From Bigelowiella natans CCMP2755 (taxonomy: Eukaryota > Protista > Cercozoa), in NCBI GenBank assembly GCA_000320545.1, contig ADNK01000966.1:33079-97078 (forward strand): a stretch of 64,000 nucleotides of DNA. Direction: 5' to 3'. The notes beneath the pieces are model-generated. The model searched no databases. It was given only the letters and a program-made list of their open reading frames with translations, and was not told where the DNA came from. Position numbers and translations under genes: made by a program. Positions 27,174 to 38,949 of the stretch are shown one piece after another; position 1 is the stretch's first letter, and the number at the start of each line of letters is the position of its first letter.

Positions 27174-28806
27174 ATGTATCGAAGCGATGGTCGAATTTGT
27201 GGTAGAGGCCGCAGGAAACCAAAGCGAGAGCTCCTAGTTAGTAGCAAAACATCAACTAAAAACCGCACCAGCTCCAGTACCGGGAGGACAAAACCACTTG
27301 CTCGTGGGACCAGAGTACGACCTGCTGCTCGTTCACTTACAGGAAACACATCCTCTACAAGAGGTCTCCATCGTCGCTTGGCCAACATGGGACTCGGTAT
27401 GACCAATACAAAATGGTGTATCTAGATTACTTATCTCTCGTTTGCACAGGTGATGAGGGAAAATCCCAAGGGAGCCGTAGCAGGCAAAAGGAGCGAAGTA
27501 GTGACAACAATAAGGAAATCCAATACACTGCAAACTCTATTATAGGAAAAGGCTCATTTGGAGTCGTTTACAAAGGTGGTACTCTTCGATCAGAAACTTG
27601 AAATGATATAATTTTACAAAATTTTATTCTCAGCAACTGTAACTCACACCGGAGAGATAGTTGCAATAAAGAAAGTCCTGCAAGACCGGAGATTCAAGGT
27701 TTTTAGAAAATTGAAATCACTTGAAACATTCAATAATTATATTTTTTTACAGAATCGAGAGCTTCAAATCATGAGATTGATGAAGCACTGCAATGTCGTA
27801 GAATTGAAACACAGTTTCTACGCGAAAGGGGACAAGGTTATTCCAGAAACCTATATATTTTCAGTCATTAATGTAACTTATTTCGAATTATTTTCAGGAC
27901 GAAATTTATCTGAATCTTGTCATGGAATATGTCCCCATTACTGTTCACCATCATCTGAAATCCTACTTCAAGATGAAGAAAAGCATCCCAATATTCCTAG
28001 TGAAACTTTACATGTACCAAATCAGTCGTGCACTAGCTTACATACATTCGCTAGAAATATGCCATCGAGATATAAAACCACATAACCTGTTAATGGATCC
28101 AAAGAGCCATGTCTGCAAGCTCATAGATTTCGGAAGCGCCAAAAAGCTGGTCGCGAAGCAACCAAACGTTTCATACATTTGCTCACGGTATTACCGGGCT
28201 CCAGAATTGGTTTTTGAGGCTACTGAGTATACAACAGCGATAGATGTTTGGTCGATGGGTTGTGTCATGGCAGAATTGTTCCTCGGTAAACCCATTTTCA
28301 TGGGCCAAACCCGTGATCATCAGCTCATTGAGATTGTGAAAATCTTGGGCACTCCTACAAGAACGCAGATAAAACAGATGAATCCCAACCATAAAATGTA
28401 CAAGTTTGCTCAAATAAAGGGACACTCATGGGCTACGGTAGAAACTCAGACTTACTTTTTTTGGATATCAACATGAACATGTATATTTTCCGCAGATTTT
28501 CCGAGGGAAGGTGGGCTCTTCAGCAGTAGACTTAATAGGTCAAATTTTGCAGTATGTACCCTCGAAGAGAATCACTGCTTTCGAAGCTATGTCCCACCCG
28601 TTCTTCGATGACCTGCGTAAATGCGATGCGTGTCTTGCTGACGGAAAGTCTCTACCTCCCTTGTTCAACTTCACTGATGCAGGTTTTCATAATTTACTTA
28701 ACTTTTTATTTATAGAAGATTAATTTTCATTTATTGAAAAACAGAGATGAAACAAGCAAGGTCATTGGGTTTGCTGGATAAGATGACACCTGAGGACCCT
28801 TCATGA
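27174..28806 (+). CDS. GSK3: Glycogen synthase kinase 3 / shaggy-like kinase with a basic N-terminal extension (start may be at 27005)
   Basis: [11 protein letters not shown]|[18 protein letters not shown]|[50 protein letters not shown]. Short GT-AG introns. Stop TGA at 28804-28806. Confidence 0.96.
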
Positions 28807-29119
28807 TATAGAAACCACCACCATTATTCGCTCAGAGTCCATTGTTCACTCAGAGATTGGTGTGTTGATGTTTGCTGGAAAAAGTCAAGTGGATTAAAGC
28901 CTATAAATGTGAAGTTGCGTGGTACCTTATTTGATGTTAGCAGTCTATCAAAATGCAAGACATTCAAAATCTGTTTGGTTAGGATGTTGCATATGATCAA
29001 AAATATGATTCGAACGAGATATTTGTTTGATTTGTCCAGCGTTTACTTCTGTGCAACTGTACACTTGCCTTCAATCTATATCCAGTACGCTATTGAAGTC
29101 ATTTTGCGTGCAACAATTT

Positions 29120-30070
29120 GCATGTGTGTAGTACTGATATGACACACACACACATATGGACAAGCACATTGTGTACGCGCGGCTCTCGTGTGTGTATGAT
29201 CACTGCTAGACTGTACTACTCTAGTTCTCTGTACTTGTGCTGCACACATCTAGACATGTGTGTACTTAAGTACAGTATATAAGTAAGTACGCAATAAATC
29301 AGCGCAATGTGATGTGCTTGCTACGTGTCGCGTGTACTTCGCTAGTTCGAACCAACGCAGCAGATCTTATGTGCCCTGACCCCAGTTTTTAATTCCCAAC
29401 TACAATCGCGTACATAGCTAGATAGGAGAATCGAATCGAAATCTAGAAATGCCGCAAAATTTCTAAATTCACAACCCAAAACATCACCTACGTACTGCAG
29501 ACCTACTGCTGAACTATGAGCTAGCGTCTATAGTATAAGCTAGAATGACATGCATGGCAAAAATCATAGGCACAGCACATGTCTTACATTCATCAAAGTC
29601 AAAATGATCTTTGTTGAAATGGTCATGCATGGCAAAAGAAGCGCCATCTCCAGAACATCGCGCCATTCTAGCATTACAATTGCCAATGCATGTCGTCGCA
29701 CAAATTTCCAAGCTAGCCATGAATTTGCTTTTCTTTTTCTGCGTTGGAACATTTAGAACCGCCGGCGTATCATGTGCAGGCAAGCGATCATGCATCAGAT
29801 CATTTCGCTATCATCATACAGATTGTCTAAAATCCAACGTCTTATTGCAAACGTTCTGTACGCCCTCAATCATTTCTGTAGCAAATACACACAATTAGCC
29901 CACGGAGGCTATATTTTTTAGATTTCATTTCTCAAAGCCACATGTGTGGCCAAATCTTAGTAGGCATGCATGCACAGAAATGTCGCAACAAGCACACGAA
30001 CACACACACGCACACACACGAACACAGACAGACACACTCAGATGTACACATGTACATACATTCACATCGC
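29120..30070. other. CTAG/CATG/TGCA-rich island between convergent GSK3 and Ubl genes
   Basis: e.g. atctagacatgtg, gagctagcgtctatagtataagctagaatgacatgcatgg. Confidence 0.6.
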
Positions 30071-30247
30071 CGCATCGCTGGGTGATGATGATAGGGTCAA
30101 ACACAGAAGCCTTTACTTTTCTATTAAAGTCAATGTTATCTAACTGGATGATGATTTTAGATCTTGGTCTTCTTTGCCCAACTTCACCCGTCCAGATACT
30201 TAGGCAGTTGAGGTATACTATGCTGGTGATTACACCAACATTAACTG

Positions 30248-30691
30248 TTACGTGGAAAAATCGAAACCACCAACAGTAAATTTATGTATGAAAAGTGTTG
30301 CACCACAGTACAATCCGATCTCTTCACAAGTGTTATATTTATTTCTCAACTGATTTCCGAACATGATCGAGTCGGATTCTACACCGAATTGCTCATACAG
30401 CTTTGCTTGGACCTCCCGGATAGTGTCTTCTAAGAGAACGCTTATGTCCAATTTTCGCCCATCTTGAAGACATATCTTCACACTCAATGAGTTTGATTTT
30501 GCCTTGCTTCTCTTTTGCTTGCTCTCATCACCGTTACGTTGTTGGGATGGTTGTTCAAACTCACCACGAATCCTTTTTCTTCCAATTTTACTGCCTAGAT
30601 GCAGTTTCTTTTCGAAGGAATTCTTAAGATCCCCCTCTGTGAGAGCTTGCGGTGACAGTGGACGTACGGTGGTATTTGATGGAACCTTCAT
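30248..30691 (-). CDS. 147-aa ubiquitin-like protein: basic N-terminal extension, Ubl fold, GG followed by a 5-aa tail
   Basis: ATG-started ORF. LSVKICLQDGRKLDISVLLEDTIREVQAKLYEQFGVESDSIMFGNQL...ATLFIHKFTVGG-FDFST* aligns by eye to ubiquitin. Confidence 0.7.
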   Translation of the reverse strand: MKVPSNTTVRPLSPQALTEGDLKNSFEKKLHLGSKIGRKRIRGEFEQPSQQRNGDESKQKRSKAKSNSLSVKICLQDGRKLDISVLLEDTIREVQAKLYEQFGVESDSIMFGNQLRNKYNTCEEIGLYCGATLFIHKFTVGGFDFST

Positions 30692-31079
30692 TTGTCGAAA
30701 AGTAGCTCAGGCCTTTCCCCCTTGTTTGCCACCATCAACAAACAGCATGGCAAAGTAAGTTTTCTGTTAGAAATGGACGGTTTTCTTCTTGCTTGGCGAT
30801 TGTGTGCTTGTCTCGATGGGGTATCGAAGAATCTTGGGTGTGGGAAATGCTCAGCAGTCCCTCCCCATCCAGTCAGAAGGATTATGGGGTGGATCGAACT
30901 CTGGACCGCTCTCCCGATATTAGAATCTCGGAAGGGACTCGAGAGATACCTTATCTGTCCCATACTTAAGAGACTCCCGAGATTCTCAGAGATGATGCAC
31001 TCTCCGACCTTCGACTCAAAATTCCAATTCGGGCGGGAATGTGTTCGAGAGAATAATGGGCGTTTGAGCGAATCATGAG

Positions 31080-31734
31080 ATGAATGGATCTTCGCACAGC
31101 ATGGCCGACTCACCAGGAGGTTTATAGTCGTCGTCGTCATCGTCGTCGTCAAATACGATATAGTTTATTCACAGCAAGAGGAAGACAGCGAAGAGCTTCA
31201 TGAGTGCTCAAATCCAGCCAATCCTTTTTTTTTCAGATGTCTCGCTATTGCCGGAAATCTTTGCTCGAGCAGCGAGGATGCACGAGGGCGTGGCAGGAGG
31301 CAAAATCAGATTCCCAGCGGTAGGATAAATCCCTGAAGATTTAAATAAACTTAAAATTCGTTTTTTCAACGCCCTCCTCCTGTTCTTTTCTTCTTTAGAT
31401 CCTGCAGGCGTATCGCGAGGTTTTGCTTGAGAGGGGCTTGAACCCACAGGAGGACCGCCTTCACATCAAATATCTTTTAGAGTTGAAACTAAGTGCAGGA
31501 AATGACTGGTGGGAAAAGCTTTCTCGTGTGTCTGGATTCAAGCAGGGTGTGAAGGATGCTACGCCACTGGGAACACCCCCCAATGCCACCTTGGAGGTGC
31601 AGTCTTTAAAATTAATGACGACAAAGGAATTAGGGAAAGGGGAGGGCTGACGATTTTATGCTTACAATATGTCTACAGTCCCCTGCTTCTAATTGGAATG
31701 CATTTGTACATCGACATGTACATGCAAGCACGCC

Positions 31735-31771
<37 letters not shown>

Positions 31772-31823
31772 GAGAGTGAGTGAGTGAATGAGTGAGTGGG
31801 TGGGTCGGTGGGTGGGTGCTTAA

Positions 31824-31892
<69 letters not shown>

Positions 31893-33558
31893 GGGAGGGG
31901 GGGGGGGGGGGGGTGTATGTTTGTTGTGATGTATTTGAAGATTATTGTACGATATCGGTCAGATGAAGCAGTCCCGATCAGATGATACCCCCTCTTCTGC
32001 AAGCGGTTTGCCAAACGGTTACTCTACGAATCATAGCGGCAGTCTCGAAGGCGAATTTTCAGCGATAATGCATTGGAACCGAAATGCTACTCGGAGGGCT
32101 GTTGCTGCTTGGAGAGACTGGACAAAGACGCAGCAGGCGTGGAAGAGGGAGAAGGACCACAACTACGTTAAAATGCACATCGTCCGGATTCGTTCAGTCG
32201 TTCGCGCTTGGAAGGCGCTAGGCCGCTCCAGACTAGGGAGAGAGTTGAAGGCTACGACCCAATCTAAGACGACGAAGCTTCGTGCAGCCTTCGGCGCGAT
32301 GAGAACCATGTTGAATTCTCGAGAGAAACAGCGCGATTTGGTCGCCTTGGTTGATAAACGGTATGAGAGACTAAATCGGAAAAAACTACTCGCAGCATGG
32401 AGACTCGCACGAGTTCATGCCGTGCGAATCCGCGAATTCAAGGGCAAATGGGCAACTCCGAAACTGCTGCGGTTGTCATGGGGCCGTTGGCTGACAGCTT
32501 GCAGCCAAATGGATACGATGCGGTCTCTTGCCGACAGTCATCGCAGCAGGCGGGCACAGGCATCCTCAATAGCAGCTTGGAGGGTGCTGCTCCAGGCATG
32601 CTGCAAAGGCCGTCGCAGTCGTGTGAAGCGATGGGTCCGTCTCTGGCGCCACGCAGCGACGACAGCTGCAGCCAGAAGAAGAACGAGAACGAAGTCCTGT
32701 GATAGTAGGAGGTTGCCAGCAGGGGGGGTAATCACAACATCAACAACTCGGAGGAGGAGGAGGAGGACTATGAAAAGACATCTGCCGGCGACGACTATTC
32801 GACAACAACAACAACAACAACCACAGCAACCCCTTCCTGGGCAATTTATAGCGTGCGTGTTCGCATGGGTCTCGAGGAGCTTCGAAGCCGATTCAAACCC
32901 CCAATTGCTACTTCATGCGGCTCAGAGGTACCTCCTGGTCCCAACCGACACTAGCAGCCACGCAGCGCTCGTCAAGGCTGCTGGTGGAATACGCTGGAAG
33001 GCATCCTGCGCCGAGGACTTGAAAGTCTCCTGCGAAAGGCACACGCAATGGCAGCTAGGCCATGTGCTCCGACGCTGGGGCCGCGTTGTGCGACTTCAGC
33101 GCTGTCACCGAATGGTGATCTATCGCAAAATGCGACGAGTCTTTATCGTCCGTAAGGTCGCGGAGGCTTCAGCGATCGTTCACTGCAATAGGGAGCTCTC
33201 GCGCCGCGCATTTGCGCAATGGGTGCGAAGGTTCAAGACCCGCTGTGCCGCGCGGCAGCTTGGAAGACTACAGGAGAGAAGGAAGAAACACGTGAGCTTC
33301 CAGATCTGGCGGGTTTGCTTCATGGTACAGCACAATCATTCCAAGATCAAGCAACGTGCTGTGCTACGGCGATTGGCGGCGAACAGCAGGCAGAGGCGAC
33401 AGGCGCGAATGATGCTGCAGGAGGCGAAGAGAGTAAATGTGCAACTTGCCATTCGACAAGCGATAGGGAAGCTCAGAGTCAACATGGTCACCAATCGCCT
33501 CAAAGGCTTTCTCACGTATAAATCCCGCCAGCGTAAGCTCCGGTAGTAAGCATCATTG

Positions 33559-33593
<35 letters not shown>

Positions 33594-33670
33594 GTGATGA
33601 CGAAAGAACAGATACATGACACATATATAAATAATAAATAAATGGTATTTGTGTGCGTGATTGTGTTTGC

Positions 33671-33745
<75 letters not shown>

Positions 33746-34330
33746 GCATATATGTAGTATACTTATATCACGTTGACAAGAAGGTCATTATCACCACAAC
33801 TCGTGACTATTCTTCTCTGCGTGCATAGATTCGTATGCTCACCAATCCTGAGGGAATGGAGCGACCTGCTAGCAACCCGACGGCAGCAGAACATTCTCGA
33901 GGCCCGATTACGCTCGTTGGCATGCCACAGAGCCCTCAAAACATGGAGGACCAACGCTCAAAGCCTTCACCTCGAGCAAGCTGTAAGGATGGAAATTATG
34001 GAGAGCAGACGGCTCCGAATTCTCGACTCTGTGTTGCAAGGGTGGAGGTCGACCATGGCCCTCAGAAACAAGGCGCGGCTGATACGTGAATCGGCAGAGG
34101 CCAACCTCCAGCGGCGCGTGATGCTCGAATGGGTTGGGTACCACAGCTCGCGTGTGTCTGCCGAGCGCCGTTCGCTACGGGAACTATGGGAAAGACGGAG
34201 GAAGCCATCCATCTCTAAGGTGACCCCCTCCAACGGTCTACACATAGACAGACGATATCAGCATTATCACCCTCCCTCGACGTCATGATGTTTGTTTTTA
34301 TGTGTTTCGCACACGCACACACACACACGC

Positions 34331-34370
<40 letters not shown>

Positions 34371-36596
34371 GTATCATCCGCCATCTCCAGGCCTTCTCGC
34401 AATGGGTGGCCGCTCTGGCGCGGCGGAGGGAGTTGCGGGACCGTGCGGACGCGCACTACAAGGCAGCGACTTTGTCCTATGCCCGACGCAGTATCAAAAG
34501 CTGGGAAAGCGTGGCAATTCGATGCCGCAAGGTGAGGCGGGCCTTGGAGATATACCGACATTCATGGGCGCGAAACCAACGGGCGAGGTTCCTCCAAAAC
34601 CTGAGGGGGTTACAGGAAAAGGAAAGATTGCTCTCGGAGAGGTTGTTGCAGCAGCAGCGGAGCCTCCCCACGGGCTACTATCGTAGGCTGCTCGATGGCT
34701 GCTTGAGGGGGTGGCAGCACGCAGCGGCAGCGAGGAGAAGAGACTGGGAAGAGCGCCTGCAGCTCTCAACGGCCAGGCTCGACTACAGGAGGATCAGCCG
34801 GGCGTTCCAAACGCTCTCCCGCGCGGCAGCGCTCACTCGCTCAAGGCGCGCGGTTGAGCACGTGCGAATTGGGCGGCACCTCGGATGGTGGAGGTCGTGG
34901 TCGCAGCTCACCCGCCTTGAGAAGATGCGAGAGCAGAGCGTGGGGCTGCATCGTAGGTGGACCTCCTCGCTGCGGCAATCTCTTCTGTTTAGCTCCTGGA
35001 GAGCGATGGCGACGAGCAGAAGAACAGCAAGGGGTCGCATCGACGCCATGCTCCGCATATCCCGCTGCTCTCGCCTGCGAGCTGCAATAGGCGCGCTGCG
35101 CGAGGAGGTCAACGCTTGCAGAATGGCGCAGCAGCTCCGGCAGAAGGCGACGGCGCATCAAGCCACCAACCTCCAGCGACGAGCATTGTGCCAATGGCGC
35201 GGGATGTTCGCCTTGGAGGTACGCGTGCAGGTGTTCAGCAAGAAATGGGTCCTCCAGAACAGCCACGATGTCTTCATGCAATGGTTTCGGATGGCCCTGG
35301 TCAAATCTGCACGGCGACGGGTCGTAGAGGCGAGCAACCGAAGGATCAAGGAGCTCAGAACCCATGGAATCTGCAGGCGGGCGCTGGCAGCTTGGGTGCG
35401 AATCTCTCGCCGCATCGTCTCTGGGCGCAGGGATGCGTCCCTCTGGAGGCAGTCACGCATAGCCTCGGCGTGGAGAACTCTAGTGACCTCACGGCAACAG
35501 TTCAAGGAAAGCGAGGAGAGTGCTACGCTCCTCAGCGCTGCAGCACGAGTTAGATCTGCCATCGCATTTCTTCGCTCTCGCGTGGCCCTGCGAAAGGGCG
35601 CGTTGCTCGCTGCATCACGAGCCTTGGCCTTCCGCAGGCAGTTCGCCTGCCAACGGGCGCTGCACCGGCTAACCGAATCTGCCACTTCGGGAAGGCGAGT
35701 TGCGCAGCTCCGCACAAGCACCCATCATCGACGAATGCGCCAAGCCTTTGCCATTTGGGTTGCGGAGAATGACGGGAGAAGGCGGATTGCGAGTGCAAGG
35801 AGGAGATTCAGGGTCACCAGATGCAAAGAGGCCATAAAAGCTTGGCGGAAAACCACCGAAATTGGCCTCAGAGAGCGTCATCGAGTGCGCAAACTGCAGG
35901 ACCTCCTAAAGAGGCTACAATTGCGCGAGTTCGTCCGAAAGTTAAGGGAGTTAGTTCTGGAGGACCGGAGAGTTGTAGATGCAGGGAGGGCTGTGAGCCG
36001 ACGATTCTTGACGCTCAAGTGCTGGGTTCCGTGGAGAGCAAGCGCACGTGCATGTCTCATAGGTGTTGACCACACATAAAAATCCACACACACACACACA
36101 CACACATGTCAAGATTTATATGCATAATCTATCATCCACTCAATCTTTATTTGGATCTGAAACCCCCGTCCTGCTCTTCCTCTTCCTCTTCTTCTTCCTC
36201 CTCACCCATCCTCTTCTTCAAGGTAAAAAAGCGACCCTTCGGAAGGGAAAAACAGCTCTTCAGCGTGTGTGGACGGCGTGGAGAACTATAGGGGAAGAGG
36301 CTCTGATGGTTGCAGCGTATGAGAAGCAGGCCCGGAAGAAGCTCTTTCTACGTGTTTGGAGGAAAACACTTGAACGCAATAACCGTCTCTCTGCTCTTTC
36401 TGCCACTCTAAGCAGGGAGAGAAGAGGCAAGATGGCGCTGAGAGCCCTGCTGCAATGGCAGGGTGTCAAGCATCGAGTCGAAGCAGACCGATATCGTCAG
36501 AACGCAATCTATGTGCAAGTGCGGGCAAGCCTCCGGTTCTGGCTTCAAGAATCTCGGATCTCCTCGCTGGTAAGATGATGATGATGGTGATGATGA

Positions 36597-36628
<32 letters not shown>

Positions 36629-38180
36629 ATAAGATGACCAGATACATGTGAGCAGCCATCATCGATTCTGTGGTCTCTAAGCTCGCATCGCAGCTGACTG
36701 TGCCGGTAATTTGTAACCTGTTGCCTAGGCAAACGGAGCGCAAGCATTGTCGAACCGGGCGAGAGTCGTGAGCGTGCTGCATGGATGGCGCTGCTTTTCC
36801 CGCGAGAGGAGAATCGGGAACCTAGCCAACGCCGTCATGATGAAGAAGGTGCAAAAGTTCTTACGACACCAAAATATAAGCTACTGGAGACTGGTGGCGA
36901 AGGAGAGAAAATTGCGCCGTTCGTCGGCTGTGCGTTCGGTGCTCTCCGCGTTGAAAAGGTGGCAGAGTCGAGGGAAGAGCAGGAAGGAGCTCATTGCTGT
37001 GCATAACCAGAGGCAAGTAAGGCATGCATGGCAGAGCTGGCGGGCCACATCACAACGGAATGAGGCAGCCACGTCCCTGCTCTTTGCACACCGCGCGGGA
37101 TCCGCTTTCTCTGCATGGCTGGAAGCCTCTGCCCCAGCGCGCCGTGCCGCGGCGAAGATGCAGCTGATCGGGGAACAGCTTTCCGCGGACAGCCGGGGGT
37201 TGCGGATGGCGTGGCGGACGTGGAGGCGGCGGTTGATGCGACGGCAGAGGTTCATCGAGAGCGCGAATGCTGTGGCAGAGAGGGTCAGGGAGTTGGACCC
37301 GCAGGCGAGAGAATGGGTGCATGATCGGCTGGCGAGTTTGATTCCGTCCCGAAGGCTAAAATCAGCTTTCACGGCCCTCCGTCAGCATACCCGCGACATG
37401 AAGGAGGAGGGCCGCCTAGGGGCCATTGCAGACGCGCACTATCGTCGCAGCAACATAATACGGTTTTTAGTGGGAAGGCTGGGGGATCGACGCTGCCGTA
37501 CTAGGGAGACCGTCCAAGCTCTCCGACACTGGGCGAAAGGCACTGCTGCGAGGGCTGTCCAGACTTGGCAGGCAAGGTGCAGGATGTACCGGGCATTGGA
37601 GGAGGCCAAGACGGGGGTAGTTGATGCTCGTATCCAAAGGATATTGGAGAATGTGCTCAACCAGTGGCATCGTCGCTTCAAGGGCCGCAGAGCACGTCGC
37701 GTGGTCTTTGCGCGGGCAAGCAATATGTACCTTGGAAACGTGGCTCAGAAGGCCATCAACGTATGGCGGCTGCAGCTCGCTGTGAAGCAAAAGTACAAAC
37801 CTATCATCATAAGGCTGCACCGGGTGAGAGAGGTCCATCTCCGCGCAACGGTGATGGCTAAGTGGTGGGAGCGCGCCAAAGCGAAAATTGAACGTCGTAG
37901 GATGCTCCAACAGGCGATGAAGGACGTTAGGCGAGACATATTGAAGAAAGCGTTTAAGGGTTGGACCATGATTGCTGAAGATGGCCGAGAGCAGCGGAAC
38001 CGACAGCTAATATTTCGTTGCTACTCGACATGGAAACTCAGAGCGCGGGCCATATCCCTCCAGCGACTATCGGTTTTTAACAATGCTGAACAGGAGATGG
38101 GTGGCTCCGCACGACTCCCGGAGGGTTTCCTACACTTTAAGGAAGGCGTACGAAGACATTATGTCGCAAAACATTTTTAA
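31080..38180 (+). CDS. SFI1: Sfi1-like centrin-binding repeat protein, ~1,900 aa, 9 exons
   Basis: Dozens of Trp-anchored basic helical repeats (RRAFAQWVRR, RALKTWRT, RRALAAWVR, KKAFKGWT). N-terminal ILQAYREVLLERGLNPQEDRLHIKYLLEL resembles the fungal Sfi1 head. Phase-consistent introns: 31120-31236, 31320-31398, 31597-31678, 31718-31962, 33543-33828, 34220-34390, 36063-36222, 36571-36728. Confidence 0.85.
31736..31915. repeat. Compound intronic microsatellite (CA)n, (GAGT)n, (GT)n(GA)n, poly-G
   Basis: Directly visible, inside Sfi1-like intron 31718-31962. Confidence 0.95.
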
Positions 38181-38949
38181 ATTAAGATTGGTGCTGAAAT
38201 TGCTTAATTTTGCATGTGCAATGCTAGAATATGTGCGCGCAAATCACACGGCACGCATGCAGCGAACATGCACATGACGCATGCTAGCATGGCAACAGCA
38301 ATGGGAACGTCGATCTGATGCGGTCATCTGTTCTCTTACATTTCATGCAACAGTCTTGAACATGAACATGATGAAATTAGCATCGATGCAGCCACTGTAG
38401 CGCAATCACTAATGATGAACGAATAATGAACAAATTGTTTTCAATGTGCAAATGCTTGAGTGTCTCGAATGTGGCAAGCTAGCAAGCCAGTAGCCCAGCA
38501 GCTCTGGAGCTCTGAGTTAGCCAGCAGCACCACTTGATGAATGAATGAGTAAATGAATGAATGAATGAAATAATCCAGTGGTTAAGCTGAGACACATTGG
38601 ATGTGCTAACCCCTCGACTTCCTCCTCAATCAAGAAGACCGCCATGAACACGTGGAGGGTTCGTTTCACGTCCGCCGGCCACGCTACGAGCACTCAGACA
38701 GATGACTTCCAGAGACAGGCCCCACGCAAGGTGACCAGCTAGCGTCGTACGTTCCCCTCCACATGCAACCAAAGCTTGAAGCGCACCAAAGACGTCCATT
38801 GCTACATGCAGACACAGTGATGGGTGCCACAACGCGAGCAAAGTGCCATTGTTGGGCTCGGCGTCGTCGATCTGCCCGAACTGTTTTAGATGAAATCGCG
38901 TGTATTTTTGGTCTGCGACAATGGAAATTACAGCATCCGATCTTTTTTC

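Noticed and set aside
30688-31447. Minus-strand ORFs including an MGSSPSQ myristoylation-like start
   Set aside because: The start codon is GTG, not ATG, and the region is antisense to the phase-consistent Sfi1-like 5' exons and promoter.
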